From Octopus vulgaris (taxonomy: Eukaryota), in contig OX597815.1 of assembly GCA_951406725.2 (NCBI GenBank), forward strand, positions 104,966,001 to 105,030,000: 64,000 nucleotides of DNA, written 5' to 3'. The position numbers and the translations under genes are program-made. The notes beneath the pieces are model-generated. The model was not told the DNA's origin, searched no databases, and saw only the letters and a program-made list of their open reading frames with translations. The number at the start of each line of letters is the position of its first letter. Position 1 is the first letter of the stretch. Positions 12,506 to 25,082 of this stretch are shown here, piece by piece.

Positions 12506-15403
12506 CTTTTTTTTTTCTTCTTTCAAATTTTCTTCCATTTCTTGCCGAGTGTCTTCCCGACTCCTAGGGCAAAGAAACTCATAGTGTATATTGGTAGGCC
12601 ATTAAACCAAACTCAGTAGTTCGTACATTTTTTTAAATTTTTTTTTTAAAGTTAAATTAAAATACATGAGCAGCAACAGTTTTCACATCGACAATGCTCT
12701 TCTCAATACGTGTGATGTACCAGTTAAGACAATCTTTTGCACTTCTTGCAGGGATGGTAAGCCAGGGATCATTCTCATATAATTTTCGGTTCCCTTCTTG
12801 ATCATTCCTAGTGCTCCTACGATCACTGGTATTGTAACCGCCTTGAGATGCCACATTTTCTCAATTTCAATGAGTAGGTCTTTATATTTTCTGAGCTTGT
12901 CAAACTCTTTCGCTGAGATATTATGATCACAGGGGATGCTCATGTCGATCAATAAGCAAACTTTATTGTTTTGGTCTTTCACAACAATATCTGGTTTATT
13001 GACCTTGATGGTTCGGTCTGTATGTACTGGAAAGTCCCACAGAATCGTTACATTTTCTCCTTCAGTTACAGCCTGAGGGTGGTGATTATACCACTTGTCG
13101 GCAGTTTTGATATTGTAATGCCGACTTATTAGCCAGTGGAGATATTGGCCAACTCTGTCATGTCTTAATTTATACTCCACTGGTGCTAAGACTTTACATC
13201 CAGAGATTAGGTGGTCCACTGTTTCAATCATGTCGTTGCAGAATCGGCATTTTGGGTCTGCTCCATTTTTCATCACATTGGCCTGGTAGTTCCGGGTTAA
13301 TAGGCTTTGGTCTTGAGCAGCCAGGATGAAACCTTCGCTCTCGGCTTTTAGCCCTGAGCTCCGCAGCCACTGATGGGTTTGCTTCTGGTCAACATCAGCT
13401 TGTTTGCTGCGGGTCACATATTTGCCGTGCAGAGGTTTCTCCTCCCACCTATCAGCCAATTGCTCGTGCGCTTTTTTCATTGCCATCATTTTCACCTTCT
13501 TTGCAACAATAGTTGCCGTACTTCCCTCGGGTTGTTCAGTTTGGGTATCCTGCACGAGATCAATAGCAAATTTTTTGCTTTCCTTGATGATAGAATGAAG
13601 CTTCTTTCGTCTCTCGTGATTTTCCACGAGCTTTAGCATCCAGTCATTCGATATTTCGAGATATTTGGCCAGTCCAATTGTGGTTGTTTTGTAAGCTAGT
13701 TCAAATTGGATCAGGCCTCGACCTCCTTGGGCTCTGGGAAGGTAAAGGCGATCTACGTCTGCCTTTGGGCGGTGCATCCTATTACAACTCAGCAGCTTGC
13801 GTATTTTTCTATCTATATTCTTTACTTCACTCATATTCCAGTTCAACACATTGTAGCTATAAGTAACAACTGGAACTGCTAGGGAATTTATAGCTAACAC
13901 CTTGTTACGTGCATTTAGTTCAGATTTCAGGACTGCACGAACTCTCCTATAACATTCCTTCCTGATTTTCTCTTTCATGCTTGCATGCTGAATACCAGAG
14001 CCTTCATTTATCCCTAAATATTTGTATGTTTGTTCTTGCTCAAGCTCTTTTATGACTGTGTCAACATCTAACACGACTGAATTTGTGGTCTTCACTTTCC
14101 CTTTCTGGAAAGTGGCCTTGGCACGCTTCTCAAGTCCAAACTCCATCCCGATGTCATCGCTGAATGCTTTCACGGTGCGCAATAGGCCTTCAAGTTCATT
14201 ATTGTCTTTACCATAAAGTTTTAAGTCATCCATATAAAATAGATGGCTTATTTTTTTATTGGCAATTTTATACCCATACCCTGTTCTGTTTAATTCACTT
14301 GTAAGGGGTATTAGGGCTATGCAGAATATTAAAGGTGAAAGTGAGTCACCTTGAAAAATTCCACAGTTGATGTTTATATTTTCTGAGGCAAGTACTCCAT
14401 TAGAGTGGTATAATTGGAGATTCGTATTCCACAACGACATATTGTGCTTCAGGAAGTTTGAAATCACAGGGGAAATTTTGAAGATGTCCAGCGATCTCAA
14501 GATCCATGGATGCGGTATACTGTCGAAGGCCTTTTTGTAGTCAATCCATGCGGTGCTGAGATTTCTGCGCTTGTTGTGACAGTTCTCAAGGATCATACGA
14601 TTGATTAGCAGTTGATCTTTGCATCCGTAAGAGCCTCGGCGGCACCCTTTTTGTTCAATGGGGAAAATATCGTTCTTCTCCATGAATGCATATGTTTTCT
14701 CCGCCAGGATAGATGTTAGGATTTTATACGTGGTGGATAGACAGGTTATAGGCCGATAGTTTTTTGGAAGGTTGGTTTCGTTATTCTTTGGGAGTAGGTA
14801 AGTAATGCCACTTGCTAACCATTCAGGTGTTTTCTTTGGGTCTCTCATAATTCCATTGAGCAGCTGAACTAGCTTACCGTGTGCGCACGGGAGCGATGCG
14901 AGCCAGAAATTCGGCACCCTATCTTTACCGGGGGATTTCCAATTATGGGCCTTCGTGAGTGCCTTTCTTAGGTCTGCTATTGTGATGTATTCCCATGCTT
15001 GTTGTAAATTTTGGTAGGATCCTTCAGTTTGTATAATCCAGTCTGCATTTATGTTGTACGTCTTCTTGTCACTCCAAATCCTTTTCCAAAAGTTTTGAAC
15101 TTCTTCCATGGGAGGGGGGTCTTTAACGGTTACTTTCTCCTTCCCTATTTCTCTGTAGAATTTTTTGGCATTGGATGTGAACAGCTTATTTTGCTTGTAA
15201 AACTTGTTTCTCTTCTCAAATCTTCGTATTCTTTGGGCTTTTGCTTGGACTTTTTGTTTCAGCGTCTCTTTTATTGATATCAGTTCTTCTCTTGGTGAGG
15301 ATCCAAATTTTCTCTTCATCTTTCTTCCTGTTCTGGATCTTACATCATTTCCACATATTAGTTCATTTAATATTGATATTTCCCCTCTCATAAATTCAAT
15401 CTC
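12506..15403 (-). mobile_element. R4/Dong-clade non-LTR retrotransposon, 5'-truncated, with intact RT-CCHC-RLE reading frame
   Basis: (TAA)n on both sides. About 175-bp 3' UTR shared with 15493-15605. Confidence 0.93.
12683..15403 (-). CDS. Reverse transcriptase / restriction-like endonuclease ORF of about 905 codons; the poly-Ile start in the ORF track is flanking microsatellite
   Basis: KSPGKD, YRPITCL, EQKGC, WIDYKKAFDSIPH, GIFQGDSLSP, FYMDDLKLY, YKYLG; CRFC..ETVDHLISGC; RHD; KPDIVV..LIDMSIP..KEFDKLRKYKDL. Confidence 0.93.
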   Translation of the reverse strand, partial: EIEFMRGEISILNELICGNDVRSRTGRKMKRKFGSSPREELISIKETLKQKVQAKAQRIRRFEKRNKFYKQNKLFTSNAKKFYREIGKEKVTVKDPPPMEEVQNFWKRIWSDKKTYNINADWIIQTEGSYQNLQQAWEYITIADLRKALTKAHNWKSPGKDRVPNFWLASLPCAHGKLVQLLNGIMRDPKKTPEWLASGITYLLPKNNETNLPKNYRPITCLSTTYKILTSILAEKTYAFMEKNDIFPIEQKGCRRGSYGCKDQLLINRMILENCHNKRRNLSTAWIDYKKAFDSIPHPWILRSLDIFKISPVISNFLKHNMSLWNTNLQLYHSNGVLASENININCGIFQGDSLSPLIFCIALIPLTSELNRTGYGYKIANKKISHLFYMDDLKLYGKDNNELEGLLRTVKAFSDDIGMEFGLEKRAKATFQKGKVKTTNSVVLDVDTVIKELEQEQTYKYLGINEGSGIQHASMKEKIRKECYRRVRAVLKSELNARNKVLAINSLAVPVVTYSYNVLNWNMSEVKNIDRKIRKLLSCNRMHRPKADVDRLYLPRAQGGRGLIQFELAYKTTTIGLAKYLEISNDWMLKLVENHERRKKLHSIIKESKKFAIDLVQDTQTEQPEGSTATIVAKKVKMMAMKKAHEQLADRWEEKPLHGKYVTRSKQADVDQKQTHQWLRSSGLKAESEGFILAAQDQSLLTRNYQANVMKNGADPKCRFCNDMIETVDHLISGCKVLAPVEYKLRHDRVGQYLHWLISRHYNIKTADKWYNHHPQAVTEGENVTILWDFPVHTDRTIKVNKPDIVVKDQNNKVCLLIDMSIPCDHNISAKEFDKLRKYKDLLIEIEKMWHLKAVTIPVIVGALGMIKKGTENYMRMIPGLPSLQEVQKIVLTGTSHVLRRALSM

Positions 15404-15491
<88 letters not shown>

Positions 15492-15492
15492 T

Positions 15493-16012
15493 TAGTTAGG
15501 ATCTTCTTTCAATTCTGTTTCCATTTCTTGCCGAGTGTCTTCTTGACACCTAGGGCAAAGAAACGTACTCTATACATTGGTAGGCCATTAAAACAAACAC
15601 ACCAGATTATTCATTTAGAGTCATATGATACGGAAAAAGAAGAAAGAGAGAAAAGGAAGCAATAAAAAAATTTTAAAAAGTAAACAAATAAAATACAGGA
15701 GTGGGGAGTGAAAAAGAAAGAAAATTCAGAGCGACAATGATTTTCTCAATATGTGTGACGTACCAGTTAAGACAATCTTTTGCGCTTCCTCTTTTGATCA
15801 TTCCAAGTGCCCTTACAATCACTGGTATTGTAACCGTCTTGAGATGCCACATTATTTCAATTTTAATTAGCAAATCTTATTTTCTGAGCTTATCAAATTC
15901 TTTTGCCGAGATATTATGGTCACAGGGTATGCTCATCTCAATCAATAAACAGACTTTATTGCTTTTGCCATTCACAATATCTAGTTTATTTACCTTGATG
16001 GCCCAGTCTGTT
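15493..16012 (-). mobile_element. Short 3' fragment of the same Dong-like subfamily as 12506-15403
   Basis: Near-identical RLE C-terminus (MWHLKTVTIPVI) and shared 3' UTR motif ccatttcttgccgagtgtctt...cctagggcaaagaaac...ttggtaggccattaaa. Confidence 0.88.
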
Positions 16013-16031
16013 TTAATATTATTAATATTAA

Positions 16032-16079
<48 letters not shown>

Positions 16080-16281
16080 CATCATTCTATGTTTGACTTT
16101 TGCTTTACATTTGCACAAGCTGGCGCCAAGTCTCACCCAGAGACCTCAAGAGACAAGTTGGAAGTTCATGTTGGTGCCATATATTTGGTTTTGTACTTAG
16201 TGTTGTACTAGTGAATGCCTAAAAAAACATACGAAAATTATGTTTGTTTTAAAACTTGAGATTACGAAGAAAGTATTTTGC

Positions 16282-16343
<62 letters not shown>

Positions 16344-16376
16344 ATAATAATAATAATTATTATTATTATTATCATT

Positions 16377-16414
<38 letters not shown>

Positions 16415-16422
16415 TATTATTG

Positions 16423-16508
<86 letters not shown>

Positions 16509-16509
<1 letters not shown>

Positions 16510-17635
16510 CTTCGTAACACAGCGTAGGCAAAAATGCACCGTGACTCGTCATCTGTCAAGTCACAACAAGGATCTTAGACAGATAATACTTTCCTTAAGA
16601 TGTGTGTTGTGTCTAATAAGGCTACTTTTTGCAAGACTTCAATCTTTCATGGGATTTCCTGTTGCCTTAAGAAGTCTTGCAGTTTCAGTGGAATTGAGCC
16701 CAACGCTCCGATCGCCACTGGTATCACTTTTACATTACTTTCTCGCATTTCATACAGCCTTGTCATTTCCACTTTCAATTCGGAGTACTTTGTGATTTTT
16801 TTTCAACCTCTTTACTCACAATATTCATGTCATTTGGTATGTCTACATCAATAATCTGACAGTATTTGTCTCTCTTATTAAGTATGACAATATCAGGTCG
16901 ACGACATTCGATTACATGATCCGACTGAAAATGATAGCCCCATAGTATCGTTACTTTTCTATCCTCCTGCATAAATTTACTTGGTACATGCTCATACCAC
17001 TTCTCTGTTACTTCATATTGGCATTTACGGCATAAAAGCTCTGACGACGCTTGTATTTTTCTTGTGCAAGACTCTCACATCCACTTACCAAGCGGTCCAT
17101 ATTTTCCACACCCTTTCTACCGAGTCTGCATTTCTGGGTGTCAGAAGTTTTATAGATGTTATACTTCACTGAATTGGTAGCCAGAGCATGGTCTTGTGCA
17201 GCAATGATCAGGCTGTCGGTGGTAAGCTTCAAATCACCTCGCTCAAGCCATGCCCACGGTGCTGTATTATCCTTAACGTTCTGTGTATTTCTTTCAAACC
17301 CTCCATGCGTTCTCATTTTAAGGTTTTCTTTTATCTTCTACTCAGCTCTTTGATTAATCTCTTCCTTACCCATTATTTCTTTGCCTTAACATCCATATCT
17401 TTCGCGGCACATTGCAGCAGGTCTTCATCACTATTTATCAAATACTCGGCAAGCGTTCTCCTTTCACTCCCTATACAATGGTCTATACTAATTAGTCCTC
17501 TGCCACCATTTTTTCTTTTCATTTACAGTATGTTTGCGTTTGCTTTTGGTTGAACGCCCCATGTAGCGTCATCAACTTTCTCGTCCTTCTAGCCAGTGTT
17601 GATATTTCCCCCTGATCACATATGCTCGCATCATA
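16509..17635 (-). mobile_element. Degenerate R4/Dong-like 3' fragment (another subfamily) between two long (TAA)n tracts
   Basis: RRTRKLMTLHGAF, RTHGGF..WAWLERGDLK..LIIAAQDHAL, ILWGY..RRPDIV..IIDVDIP. Confidence 0.87.
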
Positions 17636-17646
17636 TATTATTATTA

Positions 17647-17707
<61 letters not shown>

Positions 17708-17708
17708 C

Positions 17709-17771
<63 letters not shown>

Positions 17772-18160
17772 TAGACGGAAAGCTGGCAGAATTGTTCGCA
17801 CACGAGCAAAACGCCGAGGTTGGTTTTGCCTTTCATCCTTTTGGGGTCGATAAATTAAGTACCAATGAAACACTGGGGTCGATGTAACCGAATGGACCCC
17901 TCCCACTAAATTTCAGGCTTCGTGCTTATAGTAGAAAGGATTATGATGAAGACGTCGGCATGGCAGAATCGTTAGCATGCCAGGCAAAACGCTTAGTGGC
18001 ATTTCGCCTGCCACTACGTTCTGAGTTCAAATTCAGCCGTTGTCGACTTTGTCTTTCATTCTTTCTGGATCGATGAAATAAGTACCAGTTGAACACTGAG
18101 GTCGATATAATCGACGTATCCCCACCTCCCCCAACCTGGCCTTGTGGCCAAAATTTGAAA
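17772..18160 (+). mobile_element. Two tandem SINEs of the 9200 family
   Basis: 17772-17941 is internally deleted and ends gtagaaaggatt. 17950-18160 has tggcagaatcgttagc...gagttcaaattc...gtcgactttgtctttcatt. Confidence 0.75.
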
Positions 18161-18168
18161 TAATAATG

Positions 18169-18229
<61 letters not shown>

Positions 18230-19156
18230 GTAGTAGTTAGCAGAAGGGGAGGTGGGAGTGTGTAGTTGTAGTGAGTATGAGAATTAGAAAGACTAAAGAA
18301 AACAAGTAGAATGTGGCAAAAGCGTTATAAAATTAGTGGTATTTGTGAAATATTGTGATCTAAAGCTGGAGGCATTTCATTGAAGAAGAGTTAGCAGCAA
18401 TTTGTAACCAAAAAGAAATGAAGAAGTAAAAGATAGATTAAAAAACTACAGAACACCAATTGCCTGTCTACCTGTAGTATGTTCATTTGTTATTGTGGTT
18501 GTTGGTGTTGATGCTGCTACTGCCTTTGTTGTTGTTTTTGTTGTTCAGCCACAAGTCAGCCCTAATCCAGCAGATATTCCACCTGCACCAATTGGTTTCT
18601 CCTTTACATATGTGGCCTCAAACTTATCCAATAAGAGTTTTAAATGTTGCTGCTCTTTCTTGCAAAACGACCTGGTAATGGCCAGCTCGTGTATATAATA
18701 TGGAATATTAGTTGTATATAACTTGTATATTCTAGTTTATTTTCTAACTCTTGTTCAATAGCGTAATTCTGTTCGTTTTAAAGGCATGAGATTGTGATCT
18801 GGGGTAGTTTTGCTTGTTATTTCTACAAGATGTATAGTCATGTAAATGTTTCCGTGCTGAGGACCTCTATATGAGATTCTGATTTGATCATGAATCTGGT
18901 TAATGCACTTGTATATTTGTGTATCTGTTAGTACGTCTCACTTGGTTATCTATGTGTGACCCTACTAGTTAAACCACGCGAGGAAAGCTTGAAGACATCA
19001 AAACGTTTTATTCTTCACCTTTATAAAGCGTATTATATGACAGCTGGTGCAGTTAGAAAGTGATCCTGAATGCACAATTTTTAGTGATACCACGTGTGGA
19101 TATTTTTATATGATAATATAATGAAAACACAGAGGGGGAGAAGAAAAAGAGAAAAG

Positions 19157-19201
<45 letters not shown>

Positions 19202-19206
19202 GGATG

Positions 19207-19269
<63 letters not shown>

Positions 19270-19867
19270 GATAGATAGATAGATAGATAGATAGAAAGAT
19301 AGATAGATGAATGGATGGATGGATGGAGAGAGAAAGGGAGAGAGAAATTGTATATGAAAATGCATTTATGTATATGTATAATAGCATGTAATATTACATT
19401 GCTATCAAGTGAGAGTATGTGTACAAGTATGCGTCCGTGCGGATATATATGTGTGTGTGTGTATGTGCGTGCGTGCGTGTGCGCGTGTGTATATAATCTA
19501 ATGTGCAATAAGGTATTGCCATCAAGTGTGTGAATAGTGAGAGAGACAAATTCGTAAGATTGATTGGTGGTGTCGTCACAAGCATACTTCTGAAGTTGCT
19601 GTCACTGCTGCTGTTGCAGCTGCTACTTCTGTGACTGCTGCAGCCTTAAAAGCAGCAACAGCAACAGCAGCATTTGCAAAACTCACAGCATCAACAGAGT
19701 AGTAGTAGTAGTAGTTGTTATAGTGGTAGTAGTTGTTGTTGTTGTAGTAGTAGTAGTAGTAGCAGCAGGAGCAGCAGTGACATTAATAGTCGTAGTGGTA
19801 GCGCTGGTGCCAGTGGGGTTTGTAGAAGTAGTTGCAATATTACAATCTCATTGAATAGGCGTAATTT

Positions 19868-19939
<72 letters not shown>

Positions 19940-20341
19940 ATGTGGTGGAAGTGGCAGTGGTGGTGGTAGTAGTGGTTAATGTTGTTATTGTTTTTTTTTG
20001 TCGTGGCAGCTGTTGGAGTACTTGTCGCTAGGCTCTTGTTTTCTTTCTCTAACTAAAAGGTAAATATCAATTAATTAAGAATTCCCTGTGTACGCCATTC
20101 CATATAGAAGCACTTGGCTAAATTTTTACTATTGACTCATTTGAGTTATTCCCCTTAGCTCAGTTGTAATAAATGTAGTAATAGTATTAGTGGTTGTTGT
20201 TACAGTTATTATTATTATTATTATAGTATCGGTAGTGGTTGCTGAGATGGTTGTTTTAGTTGTACTTAAAGTAGTGATGGTTCAGTGTTGGTGACGGTGA
20301 TTAGTGTTGTAGTAGTGATAGTTTTTTTATAGTAGTAGTAA

Positions 20342-20391
<50 letters not shown>

Positions 20392-20693
20392 ACTGTGGTT
20401 GTGGTGATGTCTGTAGTTACAGTAGTTGTGATGCGGTAGTAGTTGTTTTAGTTTTTAGAAATTTTTGCCAGTATAGGAATTGCGATGATGATGATGACGG
20501 CAGTGGTAATTTTTAATGTAGTTGCAGTGGATGTAAATGCCAGTGTAGTAGCAGTATGAACAGCGACAAGCAAGCTGTGGAGTTTGTGATGTCAAATGTG
20601 AAGTAATCGAATATTTGTGACAACAGAGAAAGTCACAACACACGCAAACACACATCCTTTAGAACACATTTAAACATACACACAAAAATACAC

Positions 20694-20728
<35 letters not shown>

Positions 20729-21232
20729 CATACATACAAATATACACATACACACACAGGTACACATATACACGCAAACCGACACAAGCATGAATATACA
20801 CAAGAACATTCGCACATAAGCATGTATATACTCACAAATAAATACACATACAAACAAGCAATCACACACACATACACAAACTCGCACATATGGACAAATA
20901 CAGAGACGCACAGAAACACTCGCAATACAAATGCGCGCAAAACACGCGAACATATAAAACAACGCTAAAAAATATGGCCGAAAAGAAAGTAAGATTGTTT
21001 TGTGATGATAAGTAGTTTGACAAGCGAGCAATGGTAACTATCACTCCAGTACTCTATACTAGTAGAAAATTGTCATTAGCTTGAGGTAGAACAAGATGCC
21101 TTTAATGACAACACCTGTCTAATTATAATCAGAGAGAAACAAAAGACAACAATGGCAGCAACACGAAGAATTTAAGATAAAGAAAGTCATCGCAACAGAA
21201 GCATCAGTGATAACCGTTTTAGCTAAACATCT

Positions 21233-21324
<92 letters not shown>

Positions 21325-21768
21325 GGTGGTGGTGGTGGTGGTAGTGGTGGTGTTGGTGGTGGTGTTGGTGGTGGTGGTGGTGTTGGTGGTAGTGGTTGTT
21401 GTATCAACAGCTGCAGTAGCAACAACTTATGAATGACCGTTCATAAAGGAAGTAAGGAAAGATTGAAAGGTGTGCAGAAAGGTAGAATGTCAAGAAATAA
21501 ATACTTACCTGAAGATAATCAGTAAGTAGTATTAAGAAGGCATACATTAATATACATACATACATACATTCATACATACATACATACATACATACGTACA
21601 AGCATACATACATACATATATACACGAACACAAACACACTGACACACATGTATATATAGATATGTATATACATACATATACACATACATATATATGTGTG
21701 CGTGTATGTATGAATATATATATATATATACACACACACAAACACACACCCACTTATATGTAAATAAA

Positions 21769-21807
<39 letters not shown>

Positions 21808-22211
21808 CGAAATACGTGTGTTTGTGTGGGTTCGGCTATAAGAAACAACAAATATACTCAAACACAAGCATTGAGTCCTCTTTTGCTTTATGATTGTTTT
21901 AAATTCGTATATATTAAAGATTGTGCATATGTGTGTGGGTGTATACAGGTAGTTAAAAATATACATTTTTATATGCACAAAAATAATGAATAGTGACTGA
22001 ATAAATGACTCCATACATGTGTAAAGCCTGATATTCATTATAATCTAATTGACAAGGTTCAAATAACGCAGCTACCCGGCGAAAGTTCGAAATCACTGCC
22101 AGTTAAATTATATCAAATATGTACATTACATAAACGAGTGTGTGTATGTGTGTCTTTATGTAAATATATCCATATATATATATATATATATAAATATACA
22201 TATATATATAC

Positions 22212-22262
<51 letters not shown>

Positions 22263-22486
22263 TACATTCACACATGTACACACATATTTGTACAAATAAA
22301 TATTTGCTCTGTCCACATATGTAAAAAATATTTTATATATTTTATATATGTATATATATATATACATGTAGATAAAAATGTTTATGTACATACGTGCGTT
22401 ACCTGTTTATGTAGCTATGCATATGTCTTTGTGTATCTGTGTGTGGATGAATCTGTGTGTGATTGAATTAACGATTGTGTACTTAC

Positions 22487-23913
22487 CTAAAGTTGCTGCA
22501 CGGGTGTATAACCCAGTTGCCGACCCTCTTGTGACGCATCTTCTCTTTATAGAGTGCATTTTTGTTTCCGAAAAGCTTCATAGCTAATTTGTTATCCGAT
22601 GGCTGGAAGAATGAGTAGATCTGGTCTTTTAGAAAACTAGTCGGACTAGACTTACTGTTTTCAACGGTAACGTTTTCCTCACGGCACGGTAAAAGCTCTT
22701 CTTTAGGTGTTCCATACAAACTTGTATCGTCCCCTATGAACTGTACCCGAGCATCACTCTTGTAATTAATTTCGGGACTGAGGTAGTCACTATAGACCGA
22801 TTCATCATCTGAGTCTATAGTTATAGTTATTGAAGGGTTAGGGTTGCTTTGCGGTAAGCATGGCATAGTAGCTTCTGTCTTTTCTGTTCTCTCCGCTCTG
22901 GCTGCCGCTGCTACATTCAGCCGCTTTAATTTCAAACTCGGAACACGGCGAGAAGCTCGGGGGGGCGTGGAATGTCCGATTGGTTGATGAGGCGAGCGGG
23001 GCGCGCCACTACTTGGTGGTGGTCGGAACTTAACTGAATCCGACCGCTGAAAATGCGGCGAAGGTATGGTGGCTGTCACTGGTGTTGTTGACTGAGCAGG
23101 AGGTACCACTAACTCCGTTGCCGGAGAACCTCCGACAACAACCACTAGACCTCCACTGCCACTACTACTACTACTACCACCACCACTGCCGACGCTGCCA
23201 ATGCTACCGCCACCACCATGAACACCCCCACCCCCACCCCCACCAACACTAAGAATACCGCCAACGTTGCCGCCACCGGGGTTGTAGCCACTATCTCCGA
23301 CACCACCACCACCACCAATACCACCACCACCACCACCACTGCCGAAGCCACCAACGCCGACACCGATACCGCCCCCTCCACCACCGATTCCGCCACCACC
23401 GACTAATAGATAAGGGGGTCTTGCACCGATATTTGATTGCACTGATCCTTGTGTGGGTGTAGTGGTACTGGCAGGCCCGGTAGCCGTGGTAACGGTCGGG
23501 TTGTTCACGTTGATAGCAGCTGGGGTGGTGGCTGTGGTGGTGGTTGTGGTGGCGGTGGTGGTGGTACTTGTGGTGGTGCTGGTCGTCGTCGTCGTCGTCG
23601 TCGTCGTCGTATTTCCAGGGCTACCCGTACCGGGCGACTTGGACGACGGCAGGACGTCGTTGTTGTTATTTGATACATGGTCGAATTCCTTAAAAACTGT
23701 CGGAGATAGTCCAAGGCTGACGCCTGGAAGGTTCGTCGTGCTCCCTCCCATTGGTGTGGTGATTGCTGATGAGGACTCTTGCATGGCGATCGGGGGTACA
23801 GACAATGGACTAGAGGCCACGGGAAGAAACAAACCATCGCTGCTACTATTTATTGAAGGTGAGAGACTGTCTGAGGAATTGACAACGACACTTAATGTGG
23901 GAGACTTGGCCAT
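22487..23913 (-). CDS. HCN: HCN / Ih hyperpolarization-activated cyclic nucleotide-gated channel, N-terminal coding exon (exon 22487-23947)
   Basis: C-terminal part SLYGTPKEE...FFQPSDNKLAMKLFGNKNALYKEKMRHKRVGNWVIHPCSNFR matches the invertebrate Ih HCN domain before S1. It ends at an AG|GTAAGT donor (22487/22486). Polypyrimidine-CAG acceptor at 23948. Confidence 0.95.
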
Positions 23914-24038
23914 ATCGCGACAACTTTCCCTCGCCTGGACGGGTAACCTGAAAGTAGAAAATAAAATAAAAGAGATAACAGTTAGTAAGAGACATGAGAT
24001 ATAATCAAAATAGCAACAAATATTAACAATGTTATTTA

Positions 24039-24109
<71 letters not shown>

Positions 24110-24227
24110 CATCCAACCATCTACATGCCTATCGTCTCCTTCTAATTCTGTATGAGCGTGTAGATGAATATAAATAAATAAATATATATTTATGCTATAT
24201 AAATATATATATATATGTGTGTGTATG

Positions 24228-24260
<33 letters not shown>

Positions 24261-24332
24261 ATGTATATATATATATATATGTGTATATATATATATATAT
24301 ATATACATATATATGTATATATATATATATAT

Positions 24333-24372
<40 letters not shown>

Positions 24373-24497
24373 GCACATAAAGACGTGCATAAAAATGTAT
24401 GTATGAAAATACATATACATATATATACATACATACATACATGTGTATATAAACATGCATATATATACATACATACATGTATATATAAACATACATG

Positions 24498-24539
<42 letters not shown>

Positions 24540-24904
24540 GTATGTGTGTGTGTGTGTGTGCATGTATTTGTCTGTTTACCTGTAACTCAATGCATTTCTT
24601 GTTAATTTCAATTTATCGTTCTGTTTAGGTCCTTACCCGTATTGCCCTCTCTAGAATTTGATTTTGTATTTCTACATATTTAGTACACACGCACACGCAC
24701 ACACACACTCGCACACACACACTCGCACACACATACACACTCACACACATATGTATGTATGCATTATATATGTATATACATATGTATACGTGTATATATA
24801 TATATATAAATAAATGAATAAATGTATATATATATACATATATATATATTTATATATACACACACACATATATATATATATACATACATATATATATATG
24901 TATG

Positions 24905-25082
<178 letters not shown>

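Noticed and set aside
15404-15463. N-terminal MIIII... as the true start of the 926-aa ORF
   Set aside because: It is the flanking (TAA)n target; the element is 5'-truncated.
23218-24004. Plus-strand ORFs overlapping the HCN exon
   Set aside because: Antisense shadows of the GC-rich low-complexity coding sequence.
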